NCBI GenBank assembly: GCA_021801565.1
Contig: JAJYXV010000015.1
Location: forward strand, 155,198 to 219,197
Reading direction: 5' to 3'
Length of the DNA stretch: 64,000 nt
Source of the DNA: a bacterium
GTDB taxonomy: Bacteria > Patescibacteriota > Minisyncoccia > UBA6257 > GWB1-50-10
Shown here: positions 9,463-17,652 of the stretch, piece by piece
How positions within the stretch are numbered: the first letter of the stretch is position 1
Layout: every line of letters starts with the position of its first letter
The notes under the pieces: generated by a model
Databases searched by the model: none
What the model was told of the DNA's origin: nothing
Seen by the model: only the letters and a program-made list of their open reading frames with translations
Program-made: the position numbers and the translations under genes

Positions 9463-10749
9463 ATGACAACACAAGAAAAAAAGAAGGGAAAGAGAGAAAA
9501 GGAGGACACACTTTCTCCAAAGAACGTATTGGATATCCTTCCAAAGGATGGTGATTTGTGGAAAGAAATCGGACGCGCGATGTTCGGTGTTGCAGAACTT
9601 CATAATTTTCATTTTATGGAAACTCCAGTGATTGAGCGCGCCGAATTTTTTGAGACGAAGCAAAACAAAGAATTTCCGTTCAAAAAACATCTTTATATAG
9701 TGAAAGGAAAGGGGGAGCGTTTGGCATTGCGTCCTAATTATATTCTTCCGTTTCTCAGAAGTTACATTGATCATCATCTTGGATATTTTGCTTCTCCGCT
9801 TAAGGTTTTTTCCTATGGACAAATATTTTCAATAAAACATTCAAATGAACAAGAAAAGAATGTTTCTCGTGAATGGGTTTTTCACGTTATTGGAGACAAC
9901 GATCCAATTTATGATGTAGAAATTATTCATGCCACACTTGAGGTAGTAAAAGCATTGAAAATAAAAGATGCTTCGCTTCTTATCAATATTAATGGATGTA
10001 GGACATGCCGAGGCGCATATCGTGAAAAGATCAAGTCATTTACTGGATCAAAAAAGGGAGAAATGTGCTCGCACTGTGCACATCTCTGTGAGAAAGATCC
10101 ATTCGCTTTTTTTGACTGTGTATCTGAAAAATGTGCTGTTGTAAAAAAAGACGCTCCCACCGTACTCGATTATCTTTGTCAAAGTTGTAATAATTATTTC
10201 AAAAATCTTCTTGAACTTATAGAAGATAATGGTATTCTCTACGAACTTACCCCCTCACTCATACGAAAAAGCGAAGGGAGTAATCGACTTGCATTTAGTG
10301 TGCGTTCTCTCGGCATTGAGCTTGCTATGGGAGGGCGGCATGATTACATTTCAGAGATGGCTTTTAAGAGGCAAATTGCCGCAGTCGGAGTTTCATTTTT
10401 TGTTGACCGCATAATACAGGCTATTCAGTTACAAGGAAATCAAATACTTACAAAACAGAAACCAAAAGTGTTTTTTATTGTAGTGGGAGATCAGGCAAAA
10501 AAGGCGAGCGTACGTCTTATGCATATTCTGAGATCAAGCGGTGTTATTACTATGGAAGCGCTTGGAAAAAAATCGCTGAAGATGCAGTTAAAAGCAGCGG
10601 AAAAGGCGAAAGCTCCGGTTGCAGTTCTTCTTGGGCAAAAAGAAGTTTTTGAAGAAACGGCAATTATTCGTGATATGGATACGGGCGCGCAGGAAACGGT
10701 GACTTTTGCCGGACTTGTGGAAGGGGTGAAAAAGAAATTAAAATCATAA
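9463..10749 (+). CDS. hisS: histidyl-tRNA synthetase with Cys-rich insertion
   Basis: LALRPNYILPFLRSY (class II motif), GGRHDY (HisRS GGRYD box), C-terminal HGTP anticodon-binding domain. About 70-aa insertion with multiple CxxC pairs. Confidence 0.6.
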   Translation: MTTQEKKKGKREKEDTLSPKNVLDILPKDGDLWKEIGRAMFGVAELHNFHFMETPVIERAEFFETKQNKEFPFKKHLYIVKGKGERLALRPNYILPFLRSYIDHHLGYFASPLKVFSYGQIFSIKHSNEQEKNVSREWVFHVIGDNDPIYDVEIIHATLEVVKALKIKDASLLININGCRTCRGAYREKIKSFTGSKKGEMCSHCAHLCEKDPFAFFDCVSEKCAVVKKDAPTVLDYLCQSCNNYFKNLLELIEDNGILYELTPSLIRKSEGSNRLAFSVRSLGIELAMGGRHDYISEMAFKRQIAAVGVSFFVDRIIQAIQLQGNQILTKQKPKVFFIVVGDQAKKASVRLMHILRSSGVITMEALGKKSLKMQLKAAEKAKAPVAVLLGQKEVFEETAIIRDMDTGAQETVTFAGLVEGVKKKLKS

Positions 10750-10751
10750 TT

Positions 10752-11156
10752 ATGGAATGTATTTTTTGTAGTATTGCAAAAAAAGAAATACAGACGAAAG
10801 TCGTGTATGAAGACGATATTGCAATTGGAGTGCTTGATATTCATCCTCGTGCCCCTGGACACGTTGTGTTATTTCCAAAGAATCATGTACACTCTATATT
10901 GGATGTTCAAAGTGGGCAGATCGGACCATTATTTGAGGGTGTTCAACAAGTAACCGATCTTTTAAAAAGAAAGATTAATCCAGAAGGATTTACCGTAGGG
11001 ATCAATCATGGAGAGGTGGCGGGACAGGAAATTGCCCACCTCCACATCCATGTAATTCCTCGCTGGAAAAATGATGGGGGCTCGTCTATACAAAGTGTTG
11101 TACAAAATATATCAAAAAAGTCGCTTGATGAAATCTACAAACAAATAGTTTCTTAA
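10752..11156 (+). CDS. HIT-family (histidine triad) hydrolase
   Basis: HLHIHVIPR triad. Confidence 0.8.
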   Translation: MECIFCSIAKKEIQTKVVYEDDIAIGVLDIHPRAPGHVVLFPKNHVHSILDVQSGQIGPLFEGVQQVTDLLKRKINPEGFTVGINHGEVAGQEIAHLHIHVIPRWKNDGGSSIQSVVQNISKKSLDEIYKQIVS

Positions 11157-11162
11157 ATTTAT

Positions 11163-11393
11163 ATGATAGAGATAAAGAAAAAAGAAGGGGAACATGTGGG
11201 TGCGTTTATTTTTCGTTTTAACAAAAAAGTGAAACAAAGTGGAATTATGAAAGAAATGAAGAAAAGGAAGTTTACCACGAGAAATGTAAATCGAAACAAA
11301 CGCAAAGCAGCCGCGCTCTACCGTGTGTCAAAAATAAAGTCGCTTTCAGAACTCAAAAAATATGGAAGCACCCCTGGAAATAAAAATTCATAA
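11163..11393 (+). CDS. rpsU: 30S ribosomal protein S21
   Basis: MIEIKKKEGEHVGAFIFRFNKKVKQSGIMKEMKKRKF matches the bS21 pattern ([28 protein letters not shown]...). Confidence 0.7.
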   Translation: MIEIKKKEGEHVGAFIFRFNKKVKQSGIMKEMKKRKFTTRNVNRNKRKAAALYRVSKIKSLSELKKYGSTPGNKNS

Positions 11394-11409
11394 CGATCTT
11401 GAATTCTCA

Positions 11410-11826
11410 ATGAAGCAGAAGAACCAACTACATACCGAGACACTTCGGATGCTTCTTTCGAGTATTCATTCGCGTCTTATTGAGAAAAGAGGGCAAGGGA
11501 AAACCGAGCTTACCGATGATGATGTGTTGGAAGTACTCGCAAAGGAAGCTAAAAAAAGAAGAGAAGCGGCGGAGATTTTTGCGTCTGGAGGACGGAATGA
11601 TCTTGCGGAAAAGGAAAAAAGAGAACTTACAATCGTTGAAACATATCTTCCCACACAAGCAAGCGATGAAGAAATTGAGGTTGTAGTAAAAAAGGCAATT
11701 GAAATAGTGAATCCGGCAAGTCAGAAGGATTTCGGAAAAGTAATGGCGGAAGCGATGAAAAATTTAAAAGGAAAAGCTGATGGCACACGTATAGGGAACC
11801 GTGTTAAAAAAATGATGTCATTTTAA
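11410..11826 (+). CDS. GatB/YqeY domain protein
   Basis: YqeY-like helical domain (LAKEAKKRREAAEIF...EKELTIVETYLP...). Start chosen at the first ATG after the rpsU stop. Confidence 0.6.
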   Translation: MKQKNQLHTETLRMLLSSIHSRLIEKRGQGKTELTDDDVLEVLAKEAKKRREAAEIFASGGRNDLAEKEKRELTIVETYLPTQASDEEIEVVVKKAIEIVNPASQKDFGKVMAEAMKNLKGKADGTRIGNRVKKMMSF

Positions 11827-11834
11827 TTTAAAGC

Positions 11835-12293
11835 ATGAGTGGCACCCATATATTTCGGATAACGGGAAACACAATTATTGTTTCGATAGACACAAAAACA
11901 CTTTCCACATATATTCGGTTGGTAAGTGAGGCGGTAGCTACCGCTCTTTTTTTAGAGAAACAAAAAAACATTTCTATTGAGGTATATTTGCTTACTGATC
12001 GTTCAATGAAGGAAATAAATAAGACATTTAAGCATAAAAACACTGTAACGAATGTATTAAGTTTTGAATGTCCTAGCGATCCGGTATTTTCAAAAAGAAA
12101 AGAGAGAAAAAAACACGTTGGGGAGATATATCTTGCTCCGCGATATATTACACGCAAAAAAGAAGATATAGTGGCACTTTCTTTGCATGGGGCGCTCCAT
12201 TTATTGGGATATGACCATAAAAAGAGGGACGATCGGAAGAAAATGGAGAAAAGAGAGGGGGAAATCTATGTACGTGTAAAACGGGGAAAGTAA
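11835..12293 (+). CDS. ybeY: rRNA maturation endoribonuclease YbeY
   Basis: HGALHLLGYDH zinc-binding motif. Confidence 0.8.
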   Translation: MSGTHIFRITGNTIIVSIDTKTLSTYIRLVSEAVATALFLEKQKNISIEVYLLTDRSMKEINKTFKHKNTVTNVLSFECPSDPVFSKRKERKKHVGEIYLAPRYITRKKEDIVALSLHGALHLLGYDHKKRDDRKKMEKREGEIYVRVKRGK

Positions 12294-12346
12294 TCCCGTT
12301 TTTTTCTTTTTATAAATTGGTTATAATAAATACATATTTTTGATGT

Positions 12347-13564
12347 ATGTCTCTTATTATTACAGGATTAGATATTGGTTCTTCGCAGATAAAAGGAGTG
12401 GTGTGTGAAAAAAGAAAGGATGGGCAGCTCTCAGTACTTGCTGTGGTAAAACAACCATCTTTGGGATTTCGAAAAGGAGTGCTTGTTGATCGCGAAGAGG
12501 CGACGAGTGTACTTCGCGAACTCGTATTGGATCTTCAACGTATTTCAAAAAAAACCACACAAAATGTTTTTGTAAATACGAACAGCGCGTACATACGTGT
12601 TCGCAATTCTCGGGGAATTGCAGCGGTAGCGCGTGCAGATAGAGAAATACAACAAGATGATATTGATCGCGTGATTCAAGCATCACAGGCGGTAAAACTA
12701 CAGCCAAACTATATGGTGATTCATAATATTACGCGTGAATATTTTGTTGATGATATCGGGGATATTTATGACCCGCTTGGTATGACGGGACATCGTCTGG
12801 AGGTGAGTACGCTTGTGGTTGAGGCGTTTGCCCCGCAGGTGACACTCCTTTTAAAAACCCTTGAGAGTGTAGGAATGCGTGTTGGTGGATTGATTTTTAA
12901 TCCTCTTGCTGCTGCACGATCAGTGCTTACAAAATCTCAGCGTGAATTAGGGGTGTTGCTTATTGATTTTGGATTTGATTCTACCTCATTTGTAATTTAT
13001 GAAGAAAACAAAGCATCGTATGCAAAAACAATTCCCATAGGTACACGCCATATCACAAACGATATTGCAATGGGACTTAAAATTTCTTTTGAGTCGGCAG
13101 AAAAATTAAAACTTACCCATGGATATGCATTTGCAAAAGATATATCAAGAAAAGACATAATAAAACTTTCTGAGTTTGATCCATCAAATAAAAATGAAAT
13201 TCCAAAACGGTTTGTTGCGGAAATCATTGAAGTGCGTCTTGCCGAAATACTCGAACTCGTGAATAATGAACTGAAAGTCTTGGGAAGAAGTATTCAATTG
13301 CCTGCCGGAGTAGTGATTACTGGAGGAGGAACGAAACTTCCAGGGATGACAGAACTCGTAAAGCAGGAATTGAAGTTTCATACACAAGTCGGATTTCCTG
13401 ATTTAGGCGTATTTGAAGTGATGAACCCAACGCATAAAGAACTTCTTGATGATCCTGAATTTTCCACCGCGCTTGGACTTGTACTTTTTGGAAATGATGA
13501 GGGGACAAAGCCAATGGACGCAACTGATTGGGTGAAACAATTTGTAAAAAACCTTTTTCCATAA
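12347..13564 (+). CDS. ftsA: cell division protein FtsA
   Basis: Actin-fold N-terminus LDIGSSQIKGVV. Immediately upstream of ftsZ. Confidence 0.8.
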   Translation: MSLIITGLDIGSSQIKGVVCEKRKDGQLSVLAVVKQPSLGFRKGVLVDREEATSVLRELVLDLQRISKKTTQNVFVNTNSAYIRVRNSRGIAAVARADREIQQDDIDRVIQASQAVKLQPNYMVIHNITREYFVDDIGDIYDPLGMTGHRLEVSTLVVEAFAPQVTLLLKTLESVGMRVGGLIFNPLAAARSVLTKSQRELGVLLIDFGFDSTSFVIYEENKASYAKTIPIGTRHITNDIAMGLKISFESAEKLKLTHGYAFAKDISRKDIIKLSEFDPSNKNEIPKRFVAEIIEVRLAEILELVNNELKVLGRSIQLPAGVVITGGGTKLPGMTELVKQELKFHTQVGFPDLGVFEVMNPTHKELLDDPEFSTALGLVLFGNDEGTKPMDATDWVKQFVKNLFP

Positions 13565-13576
13565 ACATATACATAT

Positions 13577-14815
13577 ATGACAAAAAAGAAAAAAAGAAAC
13601 ACAAAAAAAATAAAACAGATAATACCTCTACAGCAACCGCGTGTAGCAAAACCAAAAACGATTATTACTCGCATTAAAGTAGTGGGAGTAGGAGGATGTG
13701 GGGGAAATGTAGTGAGTCGAATGATGGAGGGTGATCGTATGCGTGGAGTTGAATTCGTCGCAATAAACACTGATGCACAGGATCTTGATCGTGTGGTGGC
13801 ACACCGGAAAATATATATAGGAAAAGCTCTTACACGGGGATTGGGAGCGGGGATGAATCCAGAAATCGGAAAACAAGCGGCCGAAGAAAACCGTTCTGAA
13901 ATTGGCGAGGTGTTAAATGGTGCGGATATTGTTTTCGTCGTTGCGGGAATGGGAGGGGGAACGGGGACATTGGGTTCATCTGTGGTTGCAGAAATTGCGA
14001 AAGAGAAGGGAATTCTCACTGTTGCAATGGTAACAAAGCCGTTTGCGTTTGAAGGATCACAACGTATGGCGCTCGCGCAAGATGGATTGAATAGGTTAAA
14101 AGACAAGGTGGATGCACTTATTGTGATTCCTAACGATCGAGTATTTACGCTTGTTGATAAAGATACGCCGCTTTTGAAGGCATTTGGATATATTGATGGA
14201 GTATTAAAACAAGCAGTAAGCGCGATTTCAGATTTAGTAAACGCTCCGGGAATTATCAATGTAGATTTTGCAGATATCAGAGCAATTCTAAAAGATGCAG
14301 GAATGACGCTTATTGGTATTGGTGAATCATCGGGACAAGATCGAAGTGTAAAGTCAGTAAATATAGCAGTGAATTCTCCGCTTCTCGAAATTTCCGTTGA
14401 TGGGGCGAAAGGAGTGCTTTTTAGTGTCGCGGGGGGGAAAGATTTAAAAATGTCTGAAGTGAATGATGTGGCAAAAGCAGTAACAGCGAATCTCGATCCA
14501 AATGCAAAAGTGATTTTTGGGGCATATCAAGATAGAGGACTCAAAGAAAAAAGCATGCGTGTAACTGTAATCGCAACCGGATTTAGCGGTGTGCTTTCTG
14601 GTCCTCGCATGAATACCCCGACACTTTTTTTTACCAGTGAGCCGCCAAAAGCAATCACAATTGAAGAGCCGATTGGAAAAAAAGAAAAATCAACACTACA
14701 GAATAAAGAAGAAAGGGAACGGGAAAAAGTGCGCGAAGAGCGTGAAAAGAAACCGGAATTAAATGATCCGGAACCGTGGGAAATCCCAGCATTTTTGAGA
14801 AAAAAGAAAAAATAA
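13577..14815 (+). CDS. ftsZ: cell division GTPase FtsZ
   Basis: GVGGCGGNVV and AGMGGGTGTLGS tubulin signature. Basic/acidic C-terminal tail. Confidence 0.95.
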   Translation: MTKKKKRNTKKIKQIIPLQQPRVAKPKTIITRIKVVGVGGCGGNVVSRMMEGDRMRGVEFVAINTDAQDLDRVVAHRKIYIGKALTRGLGAGMNPEIGKQAAEENRSEIGEVLNGADIVFVVAGMGGGTGTLGSSVVAEIAKEKGILTVAMVTKPFAFEGSQRMALAQDGLNRLKDKVDALIVIPNDRVFTLVDKDTPLLKAFGYIDGVLKQAVSAISDLVNAPGIINVDFADIRAILKDAGMTLIGIGESSGQDRSVKSVNIAVNSPLLEISVDGAKGVLFSVAGGKDLKMSEVNDVAKAVTANLDPNAKVIFGAYQDRGLKEKSMRVTVIATGFSGVLSGPRMNTPTLFFTSEPPKAITIEEPIGKKEKSTLQNKEEREREKVREEREKKPELNDPEPWEIPAFLRKKKK

Positions 14816-14905
14816 ATTGATTCCGCCTGTCCACATGGATAGGCGGAATCTTGATTATAGGTAGTTATTGAAATGTTTTCTGTATTCAAGTATCATTTTT
14901 TTGTT

Positions 14906-14980
14906 GCCGACATAGCTCAGTGGTAGAGCAGCTGTTTTGTAAACAGCAGGTCGTCAGTTCAAATCTGACTGTCGGCTCCA
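14906..14980 (+). tRNA. tRNA-Thr (anticodon UGU)
   Basis: GCCGACA acceptor, D-arm GCTCAGTGGTAGAGC, anticodon stem GCTGT/ACAGC, loop TTTGTAA, T-arm GTCAG-TTCAAAT-CTGAC, encoded CCA. Confidence 0.85.
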
Positions 14981-15001
14981 GATTTTAGAAATTAAGTGGG
15001 C

Positions 15002-15095
15002 GGGGCAACACTTTTTCACCGAAGACAGATAAATTCCAAGCGTGCTTGCCTGCCTTTGGTGGGGGTCCTCGGTTTAAATCCGAGAGGTGGCTCCA
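15002..15095 (+). ncRNA. unassigned tRNA-like RNA (T-arm CTCGG-TTTAAAT-CCGAG plus acceptor-like 3' end ...GGTGGCTCCA)
   Basis: 3' T-arm/acceptor-like module. A possible 5' partner GGGGCAA would give G3:U70. No anticodon arm could be folded. Immediately followed by an intrinsic terminator. Confidence 0.25.
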
Positions 15096-15096
15096 A

Positions 15097-15127
15097 GAAA
15101 AAACACTTCTTATCGAAGTGTTTTTTT
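15097..15127. terminator. bidirectional intrinsic terminator (AAAAAACACTTC-TTAT-CGAAGTGTTTTTTT)
   Basis: Perfect stem flanked by A-run and T-run. Confidence 0.7.
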
Positions 15128-15174
15128 ATGCCTTTTCAAGAAAACCACGGGTGTAAGCCTGTGGAGTTTCATTT
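15127..15174 (+). repeat. conserved 47-nt element, copy 1 (TATGCCTTTTCAAGAAAACCACGGGTGTAAGCCTGTGGAGTTTCATTT)
   Basis: Second copy at 42763-42810, with a compensatory change in the CCACGGG/CCYGTGG hairpin. Both copies start with ATG and could encode M[PS]FQENHG[CR]KPVEFHL. Confidence 0.5.
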
Positions 15175-15179
15175 GAATT

Positions 15180-15587
15180 TTAATTTCTCTTCCATGTAAG
15201 TAATGCAGAAAGATATTTTTGAATAAAATAGATAAAAATTATAAATATCCCGTCTACTATGAGAAGTAGGATGCTATATACAAACAAATTCAGAAACAGA
15301 ACAAGATATTGCATTTGAATAGTTGGAGGTCCAGAAGTGAATAAAAGATGAATATTTAAGGGGTAGCTGATGAATGTAAGTACTATCAATCCGCCAAGCG
15401 CCATAAGCCATGCTATTGGACGAAAATCCAGAAGAAATACTGGCCAAAAAATTGGACTTAATCCATAATGAAACACCTTAAACAGTTTTGTATCTGGATA
15501 TGGATGATTTTCTAGATTATTAAGGGCAATTCCTGTGGTCATAAACAAATATACCACTATTACTGCAATAACTAATGAAGTTTCCAT
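15180..15587 (-). CDS. hypothetical membrane protein
   Basis: Four predicted TM helices. Confidence 0.35.
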   Translation of the reverse strand: METSLVIAVIVVYLFMTTGIALNNLENHPYPDTKLFKVFHYGLSPIFWPVFLLDFRPIAWLMALGGLIVLTFISYPLNIHLLFTSGPPTIQMQYLVLFLNLFVYSILLLIVDGIFIIFIYFIQKYLSALLTWKRN

Positions 15588-15751
15588 TTTAACTCCTGTC
15601 AGTTGTTATTAAATATTCTGTCTTGTAGTATAACATAATATAATAAATGTATGTCAATATTTATGTATTGACAGTTTACATACATAATAAGAAACTTAGA
15701 AATGCGTTAATTCAAGAAATAAAGAATTTACGCACTTAAAAATTTTGTATC

Positions 15752-15824
15752 GCCAATGTAGCTCAGTTGGTAGAGCAACTCCATGGTAAGGAGTAGGTCG
15801 TCGGTTCAAATCCGACCATTGGCT
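15752..15824 (+). tRNA. tRNA-Thr (anticodon GGU)
   Basis: GCCAATG/CATTGGC acceptor, anticodon stem ACTCC/GGAGT, loop ATGGTAA, T-arm GTCGG-TTCAAAT-CCGAC. Confidence 0.85.
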
Positions 15825-15840
15825 CAAAGTCGCATTATAA

Positions 15841-15864
15841 AAAAAACGCCCTAGGGGCGTTTTT
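15841..15864. terminator. bidirectional intrinsic terminator (AAAAAACGCCCTAGGGGCGTTTTT)
   Basis: Palindromic GC stem with flanking A- and T-runs. Confidence 0.7.
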
Positions 15865-16222
15865 CAGTTTCTTTTAATTTTTCAGCAAGTGCTTCTCCTG
15901 CTTCTTTTGGAAAATTCATCCCGACAAGTGTGAAGAATATGATTGAAAGAAGAAGAAGAGTGTGATGTACTACTTCAAATACCACACCCTCATATTCGAA
16001 ATAAGAGAAAAGCTGAATCGCAAATCCAAAAGTAAAGAATAGACATCCTATCGTTGCAAGACCATAACTGCGCTTAAAAAACGATCCAAGAAGCGTGCGA
16101 CGTGTTCGTATATTAATCCCGATAAGTGTGATGCCGACTACGACGCCTATAATTAAAACAGTGGTGACAATATACATAAGTGGATTTATTATACCACACT
16201 CTTTACTTTTTTTCTTATACAC
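15851..16222 (-). CDS. hypothetical membrane protein
   Basis: Three TM helices. Confidence 0.35.
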   Translation of the reverse strand: MYKKKSKECGIINPLMYIVTTVLIIGVVVGITLIGINIRTRRTLLGSFFKRSYGLATIGCLFFTFGFAIQLFSYFEYEGVVFEVVHHTLLLLSIIFFTLVGMNFPKEAGEALAEKLKETEKRP

Positions 16223-16251
16223 CGTATTCTTGTACCATATAACAAAGATAT

Positions 16252-16422
16252 ATGGCCCAAGGCAAATTTACTGAAAATTTAATAAAGCTTCGTTGTGGAA
16301 CGTGTAAACGTATAAATTATTTAAAACACAAGAATAGAAAAACGGTTGACCGAAAGATTGAATTTAAAAAGTATTGCGAATGGTGTAAAAAACATACGGT
16401 CCATAAAGAATCCAAGAAATAG
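16252..16422 (+). CDS. rpmG: 50S ribosomal protein L33 (56 aa; below the ORF-track cutoff)
   Basis: MAQGKFTENLIKLRCGTCKRINYLKHKNRKTVDRKIEFKKYCEWCKKHTVHKESKK. Aligns closely with bL33 (..[42 protein letters not shown]) and has the CxxC...CxxC zinc ribbon. Confidence 0.85.
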   Translation: MAQGKFTENLIKLRCGTCKRINYLKHKNRKTVDRKIEFKKYCEWCKKHTVHKESKK

Positions 16423-16454
16423 GAAATCCCCCAAAGGGGATTTCCTATTTCTTG
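16414..16454 (+). terminator. 18-bp perfect hairpin overlapping the rpmG stop (AAGAAATAGGAAATCCCC-CAAA-GGGGATTTCCTATTTCTT)
   Basis: Long perfect inverted repeat. The T-run is weak. Confidence 0.5.
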
Positions 16455-16481
16455 AGATTTTAGTATAAAATAAAGGACATT

Positions 16482-16556
16482 GGGGGCATAAGCTCAATGG
16501 TAAACTGCGGGACTCCAAATCCTGACTTCTGGGTTCGAATCCTAGTGCCCCCGCCA
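16482..16556 (+). tRNA. tRNA-Trp (anticodon CCA)
   Basis: GGGGGCA/TGCCCCC acceptor, anticodon stem CGGGA/TCCTG, loop CTCCAAA, T-arm CTGGG-TTCGAAT-CCTAG, encoded CCA. Confidence 0.85.
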
Positions 16557-16616
16557 AAGTTGATTATAGGGGTTCCCTCGCCATCCACAAAAAGCTTCAT
16601 GTTATACTAAGAATAA

Positions 16617-17600
16617 ATGTCTAAACCCCTATGTATAGCAATTCTCATGGGAGGACCCTCATTGGAACATGAGGTGTCCTTGAAAAGCGGAGAGATGGTA
16701 TTTCGATATCTTGATCGGAGTAAATATGAACCCGTGCGTGTGCTCATACAAAAAAACGGTGATTGGAATATCCCTGCCGAAGAGGTAAAAAAAATTTGTG
16801 ATTGCGCATTTATTGCGATGCATGGTACATATGGAGAAGATGGGACAGTACAGGGAATTTTAGAACTTCATAATATTCCATATACGGGATCAAATGCACT
16901 TTCAAGCGCACTTGGGATGAATAAATTTTTGTCGCTGCGTGTGTTTCAAGATGGGGGGCTTCTTATCCCGCCAAGCATTCTTATTCATAAAGGAGAGTGG
17001 AGAACTTCACATGAAGAAACAACAAAAAAAATAAAACATCACATTGAACTTCCGTTGGTAATAAAACCAAATAACCAAGGTTCGAGTTTTGGGGTTACTA
17101 TTGTAAAAAATGAGAAAAAATTGAAAGAAGCACTTGATGAGGCGTTTAGTTTTTCGAGAGAGGTATTAGTGGAAAAATTTATTGAGGGGAGAGAAATGAC
17201 GTGTGCAGTGTTGGATCACGGGTGGCCGGAGAGTGCGTTTCCACTTCTTCCTACTGAAATTATACCGCGTGGTGGAACATTTTTTGACTATAAAGCGAAG
17301 TATAGTAAGGAGGGATCATATGAAATTACTCCCCCGCAAAATATTTCTAAGTCCACAATGGAAAAACTGAAGTCTACGGCGCTCGCCGCACACAGACTTG
17401 TCGGTGCGGGGGGATTTTCACGGACAGATATGATTCTTGATAAAAAGGGAAACGTGTATATTCTCGAGATAAATACTATTCCCGGACTTACTGAAGAAAG
17501 TCTACTTCCAAAGGCGGCATCAGTTTCTGGTATTGAATTTTCAAGATTGCTCTCACTTATACTTGAGTCGGCATTTTATCGTTATGGGAAAAAAATTTAG
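16617..17600 (+). CDS. ddl: D-alanine--D-alanine ligase
   Basis: ATP-grasp: ELPLVIKPNNQGSSFGVTIV; ...ILEINTIPG. Confidence 0.85.
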   Translation: MSKPLCIAILMGGPSLEHEVSLKSGEMVFRYLDRSKYEPVRVLIQKNGDWNIPAEEVKKICDCAFIAMHGTYGEDGTVQGILELHNIPYTGSNALSSALGMNKFLSLRVFQDGGLLIPPSILIHKGEWRTSHEETTKKIKHHIELPLVIKPNNQGSSFGVTIVKNEKKLKEALDEAFSFSREVLVEKFIEGREMTCAVLDHGWPESAFPLLPTEIIPRGGTFFDYKAKYSKEGSYEITPPQNISKSTMEKLKSTALAAHRLVGAGGFSRTDMILDKKGNVYILEINTIPGLTEESLLPKAASVSGIEFSRLLSLILESAFYRYGKKI

Positions 17601-17652
17601 TTTTCACTCCGGGGTTGCCTTTTTTCTCTTCTTTGGTGTAAACTAAAAAAAC

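Noticed and set aside
13378-14259. 293-aa minus-strand ORF antisense to ftsZ (and many other 60-120 aa antisense ORFs in the track)
   Set aside because: It fully overlaps a gene with unambiguous FtsZ motifs on the + strand. Its composition is low-complexity (S/T/P/I-rich) and it has no start context. Treated as a spurious antisense ORF, as are the other short ORFs nested inside confidently assigned genes.
15002-15095. tmRNA (ssrA) or tRNA-Sec interpretation of the tRNA-like module
   Set aside because: At ~94 nt it is far too short for a one-piece tmRNA, and no tag-ORF or pseudoknot region is present. A Sec-type 8/5 fold or an anticodon arm could not be built by eye. Left as an unassigned tRNA-like RNA.
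16321-16557. 78-aa minus-strand ORF
   Set aside because: Overlaps both rpmG (clear L33 homology on +) and the tRNA-Trp gene, so it is spurious.
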